Source of the DNA: Chthoniobacterales bacterium
GTDB lineage: Bacteria > Verrucomicrobiota > Verrucomicrobiia > Chthoniobacterales > UBA6821
Direction of reading: 5' to 3'
Assembly (NCBI GenBank): GCA_036824855.1
Contig: DAISZK010000004.1
Span: forward strand, 13,434 to 77,433
DNA: 64,000 nucleotides
Every line of letters starts with the position of its first letter. Within the stretch, counting starts at the first letter, position 1. The notes beneath the pieces were generated by a model that saw only the letters and a list, made by a program, of their open reading frames with translations, had not been told where the DNA came from and made no database searches. Shown in pieces: positions 18,261-27,641 of the stretch. A program made the translations under genes and the position numbers.

Positions 18261-21200
18261 TTATTTCCGATCATCCACCATCCGGATTTTGGTCCAACCG
18301 GGCTGCTCTTGGGTGAACGAGATCCGGTCCGTTGATCCATTGCCATGCTCGACCATCAGGACATCTCCGTCCCATGTTGTTTTTGGGAGAGGGGTGCCCG
18401 TCCGGAAAGGATAGAGAAGCACCCTGAATCCGGGAGCAACGGCATCAGTGGTGATGTCCAGCCAGGGCCATTTCACGAATTGATCGCGGCTATCTGTGAC
18501 AAACTTCGCGGGGGAGGCGGAAGCGAGCAAGCGGACCAAAAGTCCTGATTTTCCATCGGGTGAGTTGTACACAACCTCATTGTCGCCAACCTTGGTATGA
18601 TCCTTCAGATCCTCTGCCACCATCATCCGCCATTTGTAGTCGTGGACCTTGTCATCCATCCGGATGTCATCGGCGATCAGTGCGTAAGCAGCGGGTGAAC
18701 AGGGACTTTCTAATTTCGGACGGACGAATGCCGCAGTACGGAACGCTTTTGCCTCGGGATAAAGGATGCCCCACTCCCTGTTCTGTTTCTGTGAGAAGTA
18801 CCAGTCGGGCAGGTTGCCGTGTTTCATGTCCGCCCAACCGATCCCAAGACGAAACGGATGTTTCTGGTTGAAGGTGTAGGGAATGACCTCGCTCGGGAGA
18901 TTTTTGGCCAACCCGGTCGTACGGTAGGCGTCGCTGGCATCACCTGTGGCGGCCGTCAGGCGTTCACTGTCAAAGAAGTCCACCCCTGCGGAGGGTGCGT
19001 CACCAGACCCCTTGTCGTCCACTCGGACGATCGAGGTGGGAATTGAACTGTCTCCCTCGATATGGCCCGAACCCGACTGATGGATCACCATGGGGACCCA
19101 GTTTCTGCCCAGGGCATGGAAAACGAAACAATTGCGGTCCGGATTGGTATGTCCGCCGGGATTGCTTCTGGGTTGGAAGTAGAGCCTCGTGGCCTCGGGC
19201 GACCAACCGCTTCGGGTCACGAGCAATCCCTTGTAGGGGAACCAACATGTTTTCGGCGTGACGGGGCGAATCTGTTTTTCCAAGGCCTCCGACCACGAAA
19301 TCTGGCTTTGAAAATTCTCCGCGCAGATTGCCGCGAGAAGGTTACCGCCGACAAACGGCGCACGGTAGGACTCCGGGTCCTCACCTTTGGCGCTGTAAGC
19401 ATTGCGAAACACAAAATCGATCAGAGGATCGTTCGGATAGAGGTATTTTGCCACGAAATAATCGTCTGTGAATTGCCCTTTAATGGCCGTTCCTCCGTTC
19501 ATTTCGTCCATCGTGAAGCCGTAACCCACGGGCACCAGGCACTGGAGGAAAAATTGTCGGAAAAAGTTCCTGAAAGTATCCGAGGCCGCGAACTGATAGC
19601 CGCGTTTTGCCAGAGCAAGGTACTGCTGGCTGCCAAGCCAACCTTTCCCTCCCCCCTCGCTCAGTGTTCCGTCGGGCCACCCCAAGGAGCGCGTCTGCCT
19701 ACAGACCGCCGCGGCATAGGAACGGATGGCGGCCGGATCGGAACCCTCCTCCCCTTCGATGGCGAGGATCGTGAAGAGAAAATTCTGACTGGTCAGGGGC
19801 AGCCAGTTGGAATTGTTCGCATCGGGCCCCGGCAGTACGTGGAGGCCCATGACCGGAAGTTTGTCAGTCGTGCGGACAAGGAGCCGCCTGATCGATGCAC
19901 GCTGCGCTTGCGTCATGACCGGGGCAAGAAAGTCATAGCACCAGGCGATGTTCGTGGCATGAAGGCCGTAGAGGACCCGCCAGTCTTTCGTATCAAAGGT
20001 TTTGAGCTTCTCGCGGGCATTCGGAGCGACAACCTGTCCGAGATACTCGGCGATCGTCGCGACGGCGGCGGCCGCTTTTTTCGATGCTGGAGCATCCTCG
20101 TCGATAAGGGCTCTGAAAGACTCCGCGACCAGGGCCCCCATCAACTCAGTGACGGGAGCGCGAGGCGTCATGAAGGGCCTGATATCGCCTGCGGCGACGG
20201 CCTCGTAAAGTTTGCAAAGCTCATCTTTTTTCAGACGGTCGGCATCATCGCGGATTTTTCCCATCACGATGGGGCCTATGACCGTGCCGTCCTTCAGACG
20301 CCTGCGAAGGTCGGGCAGGTCTTCGGGATTAAAGAGGATCCTGGGATGTACGCCCGGCGCCGGAGGCGGCTTGATGCGCGACCAGTCGATCCCGCTCGGA
20401 TCATAGTTCATGTCCAAATCGGACGAGTAATCGGCAAGTTCCTTTTTGGAATAGCCCCCGAATGTTTCGGATACGGGATAAACTTCGACAACGATGCGGT
20501 CCTGACCGCGCTTCTTTCCGTCGGAGACATCAAGCTGAAGTTCGTAGGTTCCGGGATCACTGAATTTAGCCGTGGTGGCTAGCATGGCAGGGTTGCCGAA
20601 GGCGACGCTTCCCGGGCCTCCGGCAACGGACCATCGCACGTTGGATGGTGAAGGAATGTTGCATTTTCCCTGAAGCGAAAGCGTGGCCTCGGGCAACCAG
20701 GTCAGCCGGCTGCTTCCGGCGTTCACGTAGAGGGAACCGGGTTGCCACGCGTTGACCCAGGTGATGGCCGACTTGGTGCCGTCGGTCGTGCCGATGTCGA
20801 CCTGGAAAAGGTATTGTCCCAGCGCGTCCAGAGTCACCTCCGTCGAGAGGGTATCCTGGGAGGAGAGAATGGCATTCGAGGGACCGCCGACCTGTTTCCA
20901 CCGGCATGACGAGACCTTTGTTCCAGGATCAACGGTAGCAGTGAGCGTTGTCCGATCATTGGTGCTAAGATCTAGGGTATGGGTTCCGGCGTCGGCACGG
21001 AGATTGATTGCTGAAGCACCTCCCACATTGAGGGTGATTTCCGAGTTGCCCTCGGCGATACCGTCATTGGCCGTGAGCCGTATTTTGTATTCTCCGGGTT
21101 TTCCGGGGATAACGGCTTCGGTGGATGAGTCCCAGGGACGGGAGAAGGTGATACCTGCGGGGCCGCTGACTTGTTGCCATGTGGTTTTGGTGAAGGCGGG

Positions 21201-22700
21201 CGGGGCGGGCAATCCGTCATCATTCACCATAGCCCTGAGGATAACGGTTTTCGGAACTCCGGCCGGAAAGGTCGTTTCGCTGCATTCGATCGCACCGACC
21301 GCCGGCGGGATGTTCTTCACAACCCTGAATGATGCAAAGTCCGAGTCTGTCTGCCTGTTTGTATTGGATACCCTGCATTCGATCCCGAAATCACCAAATC
21401 CCCGGAGCGTCACGGTGGCCTCGGGTGACTTGGGGTTTTCGATCGTCATCATCTCCTTTGAGACGTGATAACCATTTACCCAATTGTAGCTGAGGTTCCC
21501 TTTTGTATCGGCAGCCAGGGTCCGGACTTTTAAGGTGACCTGATTTGTTCCCTCCGGGATTAAAACAACCGGAGGCTTGATGATCCGGATATAGGGATTC
21601 GGGGTGGCAAGAGGTGATTTTTTCATATAGGCCGGCCCACCCCGGAAAAGTTCCCCGGCCTCGCTGTCGGAGAGAGCCTTTCTGAAAATCATGAAATCAG
21701 CCAAGCCACCCTTCCATGGCTTTTTCCCATTCCCGTCGGCACCCAGATGCAGGGATTCGTCGACAGCCGAACTGGCCGCACCAAACTTAGAAGTCACCGC
21801 TCGGTCATAATCATCCTTGCCGAATTTCCCGATTTTCTGACGGATGCCATCAACATATTCCCAGATCAATCCGGATCGGAAATCGGTGACAAAGGTGACC
21901 TGATGCCAATTTCCGTCCGTAAGCGACTTGGTCCTGAAGGAAGCGTAGGGTGCGTAATAGTCGGGGGCAAACTGGCAGTAGATACCCCCGTCGGCCGTTG
22001 GAACCATGTAGAGGAATTTGTTCATTCCCGCGATCGCCTGATCGCTCTGGATCTGTTGGCCGAGCTTACCTGACTTTGAAACCAACTTTGGCATCCGAAC
22101 CCAGAAAGCCAACGAAAGGCCGCTACCCTGCATGGCATCCCCAAGTCCGTTCAGAACCGAGCCCGATTTGATGACCGGATGGAGTGTGGCTGCGGCAAAA
22201 TCCCATCCCGACTCGAATGGTTGCCCTGAAGCGGAGACCGGTGAGGGCGAAATACCGTTGGACTGGGAAAAGATAGCCGCAGTTTTGCCTGTCGAGTCCA
22301 CCGGCACACCGTTGGCTGGCGATTGTTCAAGACGGTAACGAAGGGCCAGTTGATCATCCCAGACCGGCTTGACCTCGAAGTGCACAGGCCTGCTGATCGT
22401 GCGTCCTTTTTCCCCGCTTGCCTCGACGTCATAATCCCCTGTGTTCTGGAACTGATTGTGCAGCGTCAGTGTGGCATTCGTTGCGCCCGTGATCGGCACC
22501 CCGTTCCAGCGCCATTGAAATGCGGAATTCACGGATGGATTAACGGCTGCCGTGAACGTGGTCTCCCCACCCGGTGCAACCAGCGCATGATCGGGCGTCA
22601 CGATGACTTCAATCTGCGCCCAACTAGGCAGCGCACACAGACACATCACAAAACAGACACAAAACAGACACTGGATTATTTTATTCATCGGGGGCTTCAT
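18261..22700 (-). CDS. Giant secreted multidomain protein: Ig-like + LamG/ConA-like lectin + PKD-like repeats + heparinase II/III-like module (paralogue B)
   Basis: 1479-aa ORF with signal peptide. Ig-like segment QWRWNGVPITGATNATLTLHNQFQNTGDYDVEA. LamG-like segment LSLAFWVRMPK...NWHQVTFVTDF...GGLADFMIFRKALS. Several about 90-aa PKD-like repeats (YKIRLTANDGIAEGNSEITLNV, YELQLDVSDGKKRGQDRIVVEV). Then the family motifs GVHPRILFNPEDLPDLRRRLKDG, NPGGHTNPDRNCFVFHALG, AAYALIADDIRMDDKVHDYKW and FRVLLYPFRTGTPLPKTTWDG. Confidence 0.6.
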   Translation of the reverse strand: MKPPMNKIIQCLFCVCFVMCLCALPSWAQIEVIVTPDHALVAPGGETTFTAAVNPSVNSAFQWRWNGVPITGATNATLTLHNQFQNTGDYDVEASGEKGRTISRPVHFEVKPVWDDQLALRYRLEQSPANGVPVDSTGKTAAIFSQSNGISPSPVSASGQPFESGWDFAAATLHPVIKSGSVLNGLGDAMQGSGLSLAFWVRMPKLVSKSGKLGQQIQSDQAIAGMNKFLYMVPTADGGIYCQFAPDYYAPYASFRTKSLTDGNWHQVTFVTDFRSGLIWEYVDGIRQKIGKFGKDDYDRAVTSKFGAASSAVDESLHLGADGNGKKPWKGGLADFMIFRKALSDSEAGELFRGGPAYMKKSPLATPNPYIRIIKPPVVLIPEGTNQVTLKVRTLAADTKGNLSYNWVNGYHVSKEMMTIENPKSPEATVTLRGFGDFGIECRVSNTNRQTDSDFASFRVVKNIPPAVGAIECSETTFPAGVPKTVILRAMVNDDGLPAPPAFTKTTWQQVSGPAGITFSRPWDSSTEAVIPGKPGEYKIRLTANDGIAEGNSEITLNVGGASAINLRADAGTHTLDLSTNDRTTLTATVDPGTKVSSCRWKQVGGPSNAILSSQDTLSTEVTLDALGQYLFQVDIGTTDGTKSAITWVNAWQPGSLYVNAGSSRLTWLPEATLSLQGKCNIPSPSNVRWSVAGGPGSVAFGNPAMLATTAKFSDPGTYELQLDVSDGKKRGQDRIVVEVYPVSETFGGYSKKELADYSSDLDMNYDPSGIDWSRIKPPPAPGVHPRILFNPEDLPDLRRRLKDGTVIGPIVMGKIRDDADRLKKDELCKLYEAVAAGDIRPFMTPRAPVTELMGALVAESFRALIDEDAPASKKAAAAVATIAEYLGQVVAPNAREKLKTFDTKDWRVLYGLHATNIAWCYDFLAPVMTQAQRASIRRLLVRTTDKLPVMGLHVLPGPDANNSNWLPLTSQNFLFTILAIEGEEGSDPAAIRSYAAAVCRQTRSLGWPDGTLSEGGGKGWLGSQQYLALAKRGYQFAASDTFRNFFRQFFLQCLVPVGYGFTMDEMNGGTAIKGQFTDDYFVAKYLYPNDPLIDFVFRNAYSAKGEDPESYRAPFVGGNLLAAICAENFQSQISWSEALEKQIRPVTPKTCWFPYKGLLVTRSGWSPEATRLYFQPRSNPGGHTNPDRNCFVFHALGRNWVPMVIHQSGSGHIEGDSSIPTSIVRVDDKGSGDAPSAGVDFFDSERLTAATGDASDAYRTTGLAKNLPSEVIPYTFNQKHPFRLGIGWADMKHGNLPDWYFSQKQNREWGILYPEAKAFRTAAFVRPKLESPCSPAAYALIADDIRMDDKVHDYKWRMMVAEDLKDHTKVGDNEVVYNSPDGKSGLLVRLLASASPAKFVTDSRDQFVKWPWLDITTDAVAPGFRVLLYPFRTGTPLPKTTWDGDVLMVEHGNGSTDRISFTQEQPGWTKIRMVDDRK

Positions 22701-22752
22701 GATAGCCTAATCAGGATGCGGAGTGAGTGTTGTCAGGCCGTAAAAAAAGGGC

Positions 22753-24384
22753 CTACCCTTGACCCTTGGTGATCAAGAAAGTTTGGAAAACCGTCTTCGC
22801 CGCCTTCACCTTGGGATCCGTTCCCTTGCCCCACTGAAATGCGGCGATTGTGACGGAAACAGGAAACTTTGCTTTCGGAGGGATTTCGGTCTGGATTAGT
22901 TTCCCGTTCCGGAGTTCCACAGGACCGTCGATAACGCAGAAATCCACAGGAAGGCCCGAGCTGGCATTGGCCTTGAGTTCGAAGGGTTTGAAACCCTCTT
23001 TACGATCCCCGATCTGCGGAAAATCGATTGTCTGGATGGAACCCTCCTTGATTTCAAGGGGATATTTGATCCCTGCCGGTTGTTCGTGGTAACAAAACTC
23101 CTGATCCCCGGGGTGAAAGGCCATGACCATCATCCCGTCCCCGCCGAACTTATTGAAACAAAAACGATCTGGCTTGATACGGAATGTGTCGGGGCCGGTC
23201 TGTTCTCCTCCCCCGCACCAACCTCCGATGAGTCGAAATTGAATCGGGGTTGCGGCATGACCGAGAGCCTGCTTTTTGGGGAAGGAGAGTTCGGGCGGCG
23301 TCTCCTGTGCAAAATTCGCACTCACTTTGTAGGTCTTCCCATCGGGCTGAGGCTGAAGTTTCAACTCCTGGATCCACGTCGAGGCAAGCGGTTTTCCGTC
23401 CTGAAGAAAGGTGACCACCTGGGGTTTCTTTCCGCGATCCTTGGCCATGTAAGCTTCCGTAGCCTTGGCCATCTCCTCGTCAAAGTGCCAGAAAGCCATG
23501 GTCGGATCTCCCGTGTACTGATCATAGGGAGCAGCGGGATAGCGTGGTTGTTGTAGCAACGTGCAATCAGTGAGCCACCCCTTACGCATATCAATATCTT
23601 TCAAGCTCGGTTCGGATCCGCTCTCGGAGGGATGGTCAGGGAGGCGGGCCTCCGCTGCTTTTTTGATAAAGAGAGCCAGATAGTCGGCCAGCCCATCAGT
23701 CCAACCGAAGTGACCGATGCCGGGTTCCACAAGTTCACTGACGAGTGACTTTTTATTGATCGCGCGGAATTCCAGTAACGTTCCCCTCACCCAACGCCAG
23801 TGATGCTCGGCGGATGTGTCGGGACCGACCCAGCTTTCATACTGTCCCGAGACATCGACAACAGGCACACCGTCCAAGGAGGCCTTTTCCAGATAGGAAG
23901 GTGGATGCATTGGCGCGCAATGGAGGCCGATAACACCGAAACAACGCTTTGGTTTCCAATAGGCGGCATTATAGGCGAAGATACCCCCTCCGCTATGACC
24001 TACTGTGAGGAAAGGGGCCGTGGCGATTTCCTCGTAACCTGATACGGAGGCAAGATCGGCAAGGATTCGGTTGAATTTGGCTTCACCACCCCCCTTTGGA
24101 TCAAACTCATCATACCCGATGCAGATGGGAACGATGAAGACCAAGGCGAGATTCTCTTTGGCTGCCACTTCCCGGATCTTGGGATCCTCCATGAAGTTTT
24201 TCTCAAGGATCACCTGCTGACCCACAATGACTCCCCTCACATGCTCACACTTCGGAGGGATCCAGAGATAGGCGCGACCGTTTTTACCGAACGTAGGAAC
24301 CGACCATTGCCAGACGGCTCCCTGAGCCTGAATCGCTATCAGGAAAAGGATCCCGCATGCGAATCTTTGCAGTTTTTTGTTCAA
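22753..24384 (-). CDS. Secreted alpha/beta-hydrolase (putative carbohydrate esterase) with C-terminal beta-sandwich region
   Basis: 543-aa ORF, signal peptide (M)NKKLQRFACGILFLIAIQAQGA from a TTG start. Nucleophile elbow FLTVGHSGGGIFAY (G-x-S-x-G) and candidate His in EPGIGHFGW. I recognise nothing in the C-terminal about 270 aa. Confidence 0.5.
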   Translation of the reverse strand: MNKKLQRFACGILFLIAIQAQGAVWQWSVPTFGKNGRAYLWIPPKCEHVRGVIVGQQVILEKNFMEDPKIREVAAKENLALVFIVPICIGYDEFDPKGGGEAKFNRILADLASVSGYEEIATAPFLTVGHSGGGIFAYNAAYWKPKRCFGVIGLHCAPMHPPSYLEKASLDGVPVVDVSGQYESWVGPDTSAEHHWRWVRGTLLEFRAINKKSLVSELVEPGIGHFGWTDGLADYLALFIKKAAEARLPDHPSESGSEPSLKDIDMRKGWLTDCTLLQQPRYPAAPYDQYTGDPTMAFWHFDEEMAKATEAYMAKDRGKKPQVVTFLQDGKPLASTWIQELKLQPQPDGKTYKVSANFAQETPPELSFPKKQALGHAATPIQFRLIGGWCGGGEQTGPDTFRIKPDRFCFNKFGGDGMMVMAFHPGDQEFCYHEQPAGIKYPLEIKEGSIQTIDFPQIGDRKEGFKPFELKANASSGLPVDFCVIDGPVELRNGKLIQTEIPPKAKFPVSVTIAAFQWGKGTDPKVKAAKTVFQTFLITKGQG

Positions 24385-24395
24385 GGGGGGAGTGG

Positions 24396-27300
24396 TTACT
24401 TGGCCCCGAGAGTCGATGTAACGACCACCTTTCCTTCACGGGAAATGGTGACATCGGTCTTTCCATTGCTGCCTTGCGCAAACACAAGGGTTTCACATTG
24501 ATCACCCCACCGAAGAGTCGCCGTGCAACTCTTGGCATCATACGTCACGCTGGGCATGGGCTCTCCCATACGGAAGGGAATCAGGAGCACCTTGAAGTGA
24601 GACTCTTGCGAACGAGTGCTGATGACAAGACGATCATACGGTTGGGGAACTCCTTTCTTGTCCAAGGGGCCCTTGGCCTTTTCTACTGAAATTAGAGGAG
24701 CGACCTTGTCATTGCTTGCGTCAGGGGTAAGTGGAAGCACCAAAAGCAGCGGATCACCAGAAACCGGTTTCGAAGCACCAAACGCGCCATCCCCCTTGCC
24801 ATAAGGCGGCAAGGTTGTCATTGCGGGATTGGAGACATCCTTGGAGCGATCGTAACCTAGAACCAATGATCCTTTGGGCGCTCCGGTCACTGTGGCCTCC
24901 CAGACACCGCCACTGAGCATACCACACCACTGGTAGAGGTGTTCAGCACCATCCTTGCGCAGATCATCGATCACCAAACCATAGGGATGATTTCCACGGG
25001 AGAGCCCCGTGGTCCTGTACACATACTTCATCGGATTGAAGGGGGCGCGGGACGTGGCGATGTAGTTGGAGGTATTGTAGGTCAACCACCACGGACGCAT
25101 CTTGTTGCGTGCGGTGCCTGCAAAGATCTCACGGATCCTCTCGGTCGGCTCAAAGCTCCATCCCAATCCCTGCACGGTGGCATTCCAGATTCCGGGAGGT
25201 TGGGTCATCCAACGCCAACTGTACGCATAGGTGAGGTCTGCCGAAGCAACAGCTCCCGACTCCCCGTTGGTGGATCCAATCCACTTGGCGGCTCCGTTAT
25301 AAGCCGTGATTCCCTGCGGTCCAGGCTCGGCCTCGGAATGACCATCAACCTGAACGAGGTTGAAATACCGGCCGTCGAAAACCTGATTGTAGGCGGTTTG
25401 GGTAAACCAATCGACCCCTTCTCCCGAGAAGTGGAACATCCCGGCATCCGCATGATGGTGCCCTGCACCATAGTAATGATCCGGGCGGACCATCATGTTG
25501 ATCCAGGCTGCATTGGACGTGCGATCGCTGTAACTTGAAAAGACCCCGTGAACGGGATCGGAAAAGTCGAGAGGCAGGCCGATATCCTCACGGGATGTGA
25601 CCTTATAATCGTTATTATAGAGCACCCCGCTGACAAACCCAGGGTAGCTGATGCTCGGGAGGCGAAGGCGCTTCATGGAAGCAACCTCTTTGCGATAAGT
25701 CTCCGGATCAAAGGCATTGGTCTGGGGAAGCCAGGTGCGATAATACTCATCCTCAGGTCCCACCTTCACCAGAGATTGGGAGAGAAGGTAATCGGCACAT
25801 TTGTTTTCAGGGAAGAACGCCCGCTGCTCATTGATGAACATCATCGAGAGTTCCTGCCTGCTGTACGGGGCATATTGGGTACCGCTGTTGACGGTGACCT
25901 TACCGGTCGGCGAGGTCATCTGCACCTGTCCCTCGAGGAATTTGCGCCAATGGGGATGAGCAAAGAGGTTTTCACCGCGGCGTGCCATGATGATCATCGA
26001 GAGCGTCTGAAATTGAAGGCTACCCGGCGTCTTACCGTTGCTCTCATAGACGACTCCTTTCTCATCGACCCCCCAGTCACAGAAAGCCCGCACCGTCTCG
26101 AGATCGGACTGCACTCCCTCGGGATCGACTCCGGGCAGGCCCTCGATGGCCGCCAATGCGAGATAGTGGGGAAGATCCCAAGCAACCCAGTTGACATCGC
26201 GGAATCGGACCGTTGAATCCTGTCCGTAAGGACGGCGGCCGTAGGTGGCCTTCACGATGACCCGGTGCATGATCTCCTTCTGCTCTTCATTCATCCACTT
26301 GCCTCCGAAATCAAGGGCTAGCCCCAGATTCATCTGCGCTGCCAGTCCATGCATTCCTCGCCAGCAGGTGACGGCTCCTGACCCGTTGTAGGGAGTGCTT
26401 CCGAATTCGGAATCGCTCAACTGGTTCCACTGATCGATAAGCGGTTCGCGTAGTTTGAAATAATTGGCGATCGCTGCGGCGACCGCCTTGCCATGCTCCT
26501 CGTCTCCAGTCAGAAGGCAGTAAAGCGCCATTGAAGTGAGACATTCGGGAACGTAAGCCACATGGGAATTATGGATGCCCGGTTTCTGCCCCTTGAACTG
26601 CTGGGGGACATTGCCCAAGGACATGCCGGGCGTCATATCCCACTCAAGTCCGGCAAGATCGCCGGTCGAAAGCTTTTTGAAAACCTGACCATCGCTTGTC
26701 GAGGGATCCCACCAACTCTTCTTGAAAAGCTCCTCCATCTGAATCAGCGACTGCTGCCCAAGCACGCTTTTTTTGACTCGTTCGACCATGGATGGAAGAT
26801 CCTCGGGGCTGAAAAGGAGACGGGGATAGATCCCTGGCGCAGGGACTTTCGAGCCGAGGAGAGCCGCGTTGAACCCGTTGGTATCATAGCTGGCGACTGG
26901 GGCCGTGGGCCACTTGGTCTCCGGTCCGTTAAGGAGTTCATGATCCTTTGAAGAAACCTTGATATGATCCGTCCAGACTCCCTGCTGCTTGAGTGTGGGA
27001 ACGATTGCAGGTGCGATGGAGGGATCGACAAAGCGGTCGGGCGTGTCGAAGAGAGATACCACGCAATCAAGAAGCGACTTCTCCTTTCCGGTGAACGTGA
27101 TTTTCTTTTTTCCAATAAACAGCAAACCCCTTTCATTGTTGGAAACAGTGAATCTTTTTTCCTTGGCCAACTGAGCCAATGCCACATAGGGCTTCCCATC
27201 GACATCGCGGGTCTTCAGCGAGGAAGGGATCGGGGGGAGCGCGAGCGTGTAAACCCATCGGTCGGCAAGGTTGTAGAGCGACTTGTCGGCGGCACCAGCG

Positions 27301-27623
27301 GGATCCTTGAGATCAAGGACAGCGGCAAAACCGGCCGGCACAAATAACTCCCCATCGATCATCACAGCCTCACCCCCGTGAAGGGCCTCCTGTTGATCCA
27401 ACCGAACACGCAACCCATTCACATAACCGTATCGGCTACCACTGCAGACCGCTATGGTTCCCTTGATTTTAGCGAGAGCAGAGGCTTGGGCGGAACGGGT
27501 GTAAGGTAATCCCTGATCCTGGGCTGGAGTGGCAAGAATCTGGTCTTTGTTGGGAACCGAATCGGCGCCTTGAAGAAGGGATGCGCCGGCAAGCACGGAA
27601 AGAATGACTATGTATGGTTTCAT
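24396..27623 (-). CDS. Secreted heparinase II/III-like protein, paralogue C (N-terminal stalk-like domain)
   Basis: 1075-aa ORF, signal peptide MKPYIVILSVLAGASLLQGA. Motifs GIYPRLLFSPEDLPSMVERVKKS, canonical heparinase II/III core YGAGHHHADAGMFHFSGEGVDWF, NHPYGLVIDDLRKDGAEHLYQW and FKVLLIPFRMGEPMPSVTYD. Confidence 0.65.
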   Translation of the reverse strand: MKPYIVILSVLAGASLLQGADSVPNKDQILATPAQDQGLPYTRSAQASALAKIKGTIAVCSGSRYGYVNGLRVRLDQQEALHGGEAVMIDGELFVPAGFAAVLDLKDPAGAADKSLYNLADRWVYTLALPPIPSSLKTRDVDGKPYVALAQLAKEKRFTVSNNERGLLFIGKKKITFTGKEKSLLDCVVSLFDTPDRFVDPSIAPAIVPTLKQQGVWTDHIKVSSKDHELLNGPETKWPTAPVASYDTNGFNAALLGSKVPAPGIYPRLLFSPEDLPSMVERVKKSVLGQQSLIQMEELFKKSWWDPSTSDGQVFKKLSTGDLAGLEWDMTPGMSLGNVPQQFKGQKPGIHNSHVAYVPECLTSMALYCLLTGDEEHGKAVAAAIANYFKLREPLIDQWNQLSDSEFGSTPYNGSGAVTCWRGMHGLAAQMNLGLALDFGGKWMNEEQKEIMHRVIVKATYGRRPYGQDSTVRFRDVNWVAWDLPHYLALAAIEGLPGVDPEGVQSDLETVRAFCDWGVDEKGVVYESNGKTPGSLQFQTLSMIIMARRGENLFAHPHWRKFLEGQVQMTSPTGKVTVNSGTQYAPYSRQELSMMFINEQRAFFPENKCADYLLSQSLVKVGPEDEYYRTWLPQTNAFDPETYRKEVASMKRLRLPSISYPGFVSGVLYNNDYKVTSREDIGLPLDFSDPVHGVFSSYSDRTSNAAWINMMVRPDHYYGAGHHHADAGMFHFSGEGVDWFTQTAYNQVFDGRYFNLVQVDGHSEAEPGPQGITAYNGAAKWIGSTNGESGAVASADLTYAYSWRWMTQPPGIWNATVQGLGWSFEPTERIREIFAGTARNKMRPWWLTYNTSNYIATSRAPFNPMKYVYRTTGLSRGNHPYGLVIDDLRKDGAEHLYQWCGMLSGGVWEATVTGAPKGSLVLGYDRSKDVSNPAMTTLPPYGKGDGAFGASKPVSGDPLLLVLPLTPDASNDKVAPLISVEKAKGPLDKKGVPQPYDRLVISTRSQESHFKVLLIPFRMGEPMPSVTYDAKSCTATLRWGDQCETLVFAQGSNGKTDVTISREGKVVVTSTLGAK

Positions 27624-27641
27624 GGGGGGGATTTTATTTGG

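Noticed and set aside
19062-20582. 506-aa plus-strand ORF, and similar long antisense ORFs at 4182-5291, 45612-46661, 57747-58757, 6355-7146, 60883-61689 and 31770-32459
   Set aside because: All lie wholly inside, and opposite to, well-supported CAZyme genes. Their Arg/Gly/Pro-rich translations have no family motifs, signal peptides or sensible starts. They are shadow ORFs.
22735-22754. AGGCC-N10-GGCCT stem overlapping the stop of the esterase gene, with T7 in the loop (minus strand)
   Set aside because: The T-run lies in the loop rather than after the stem, and the stem is only 5 bp. It is not a credible intrinsic terminator.
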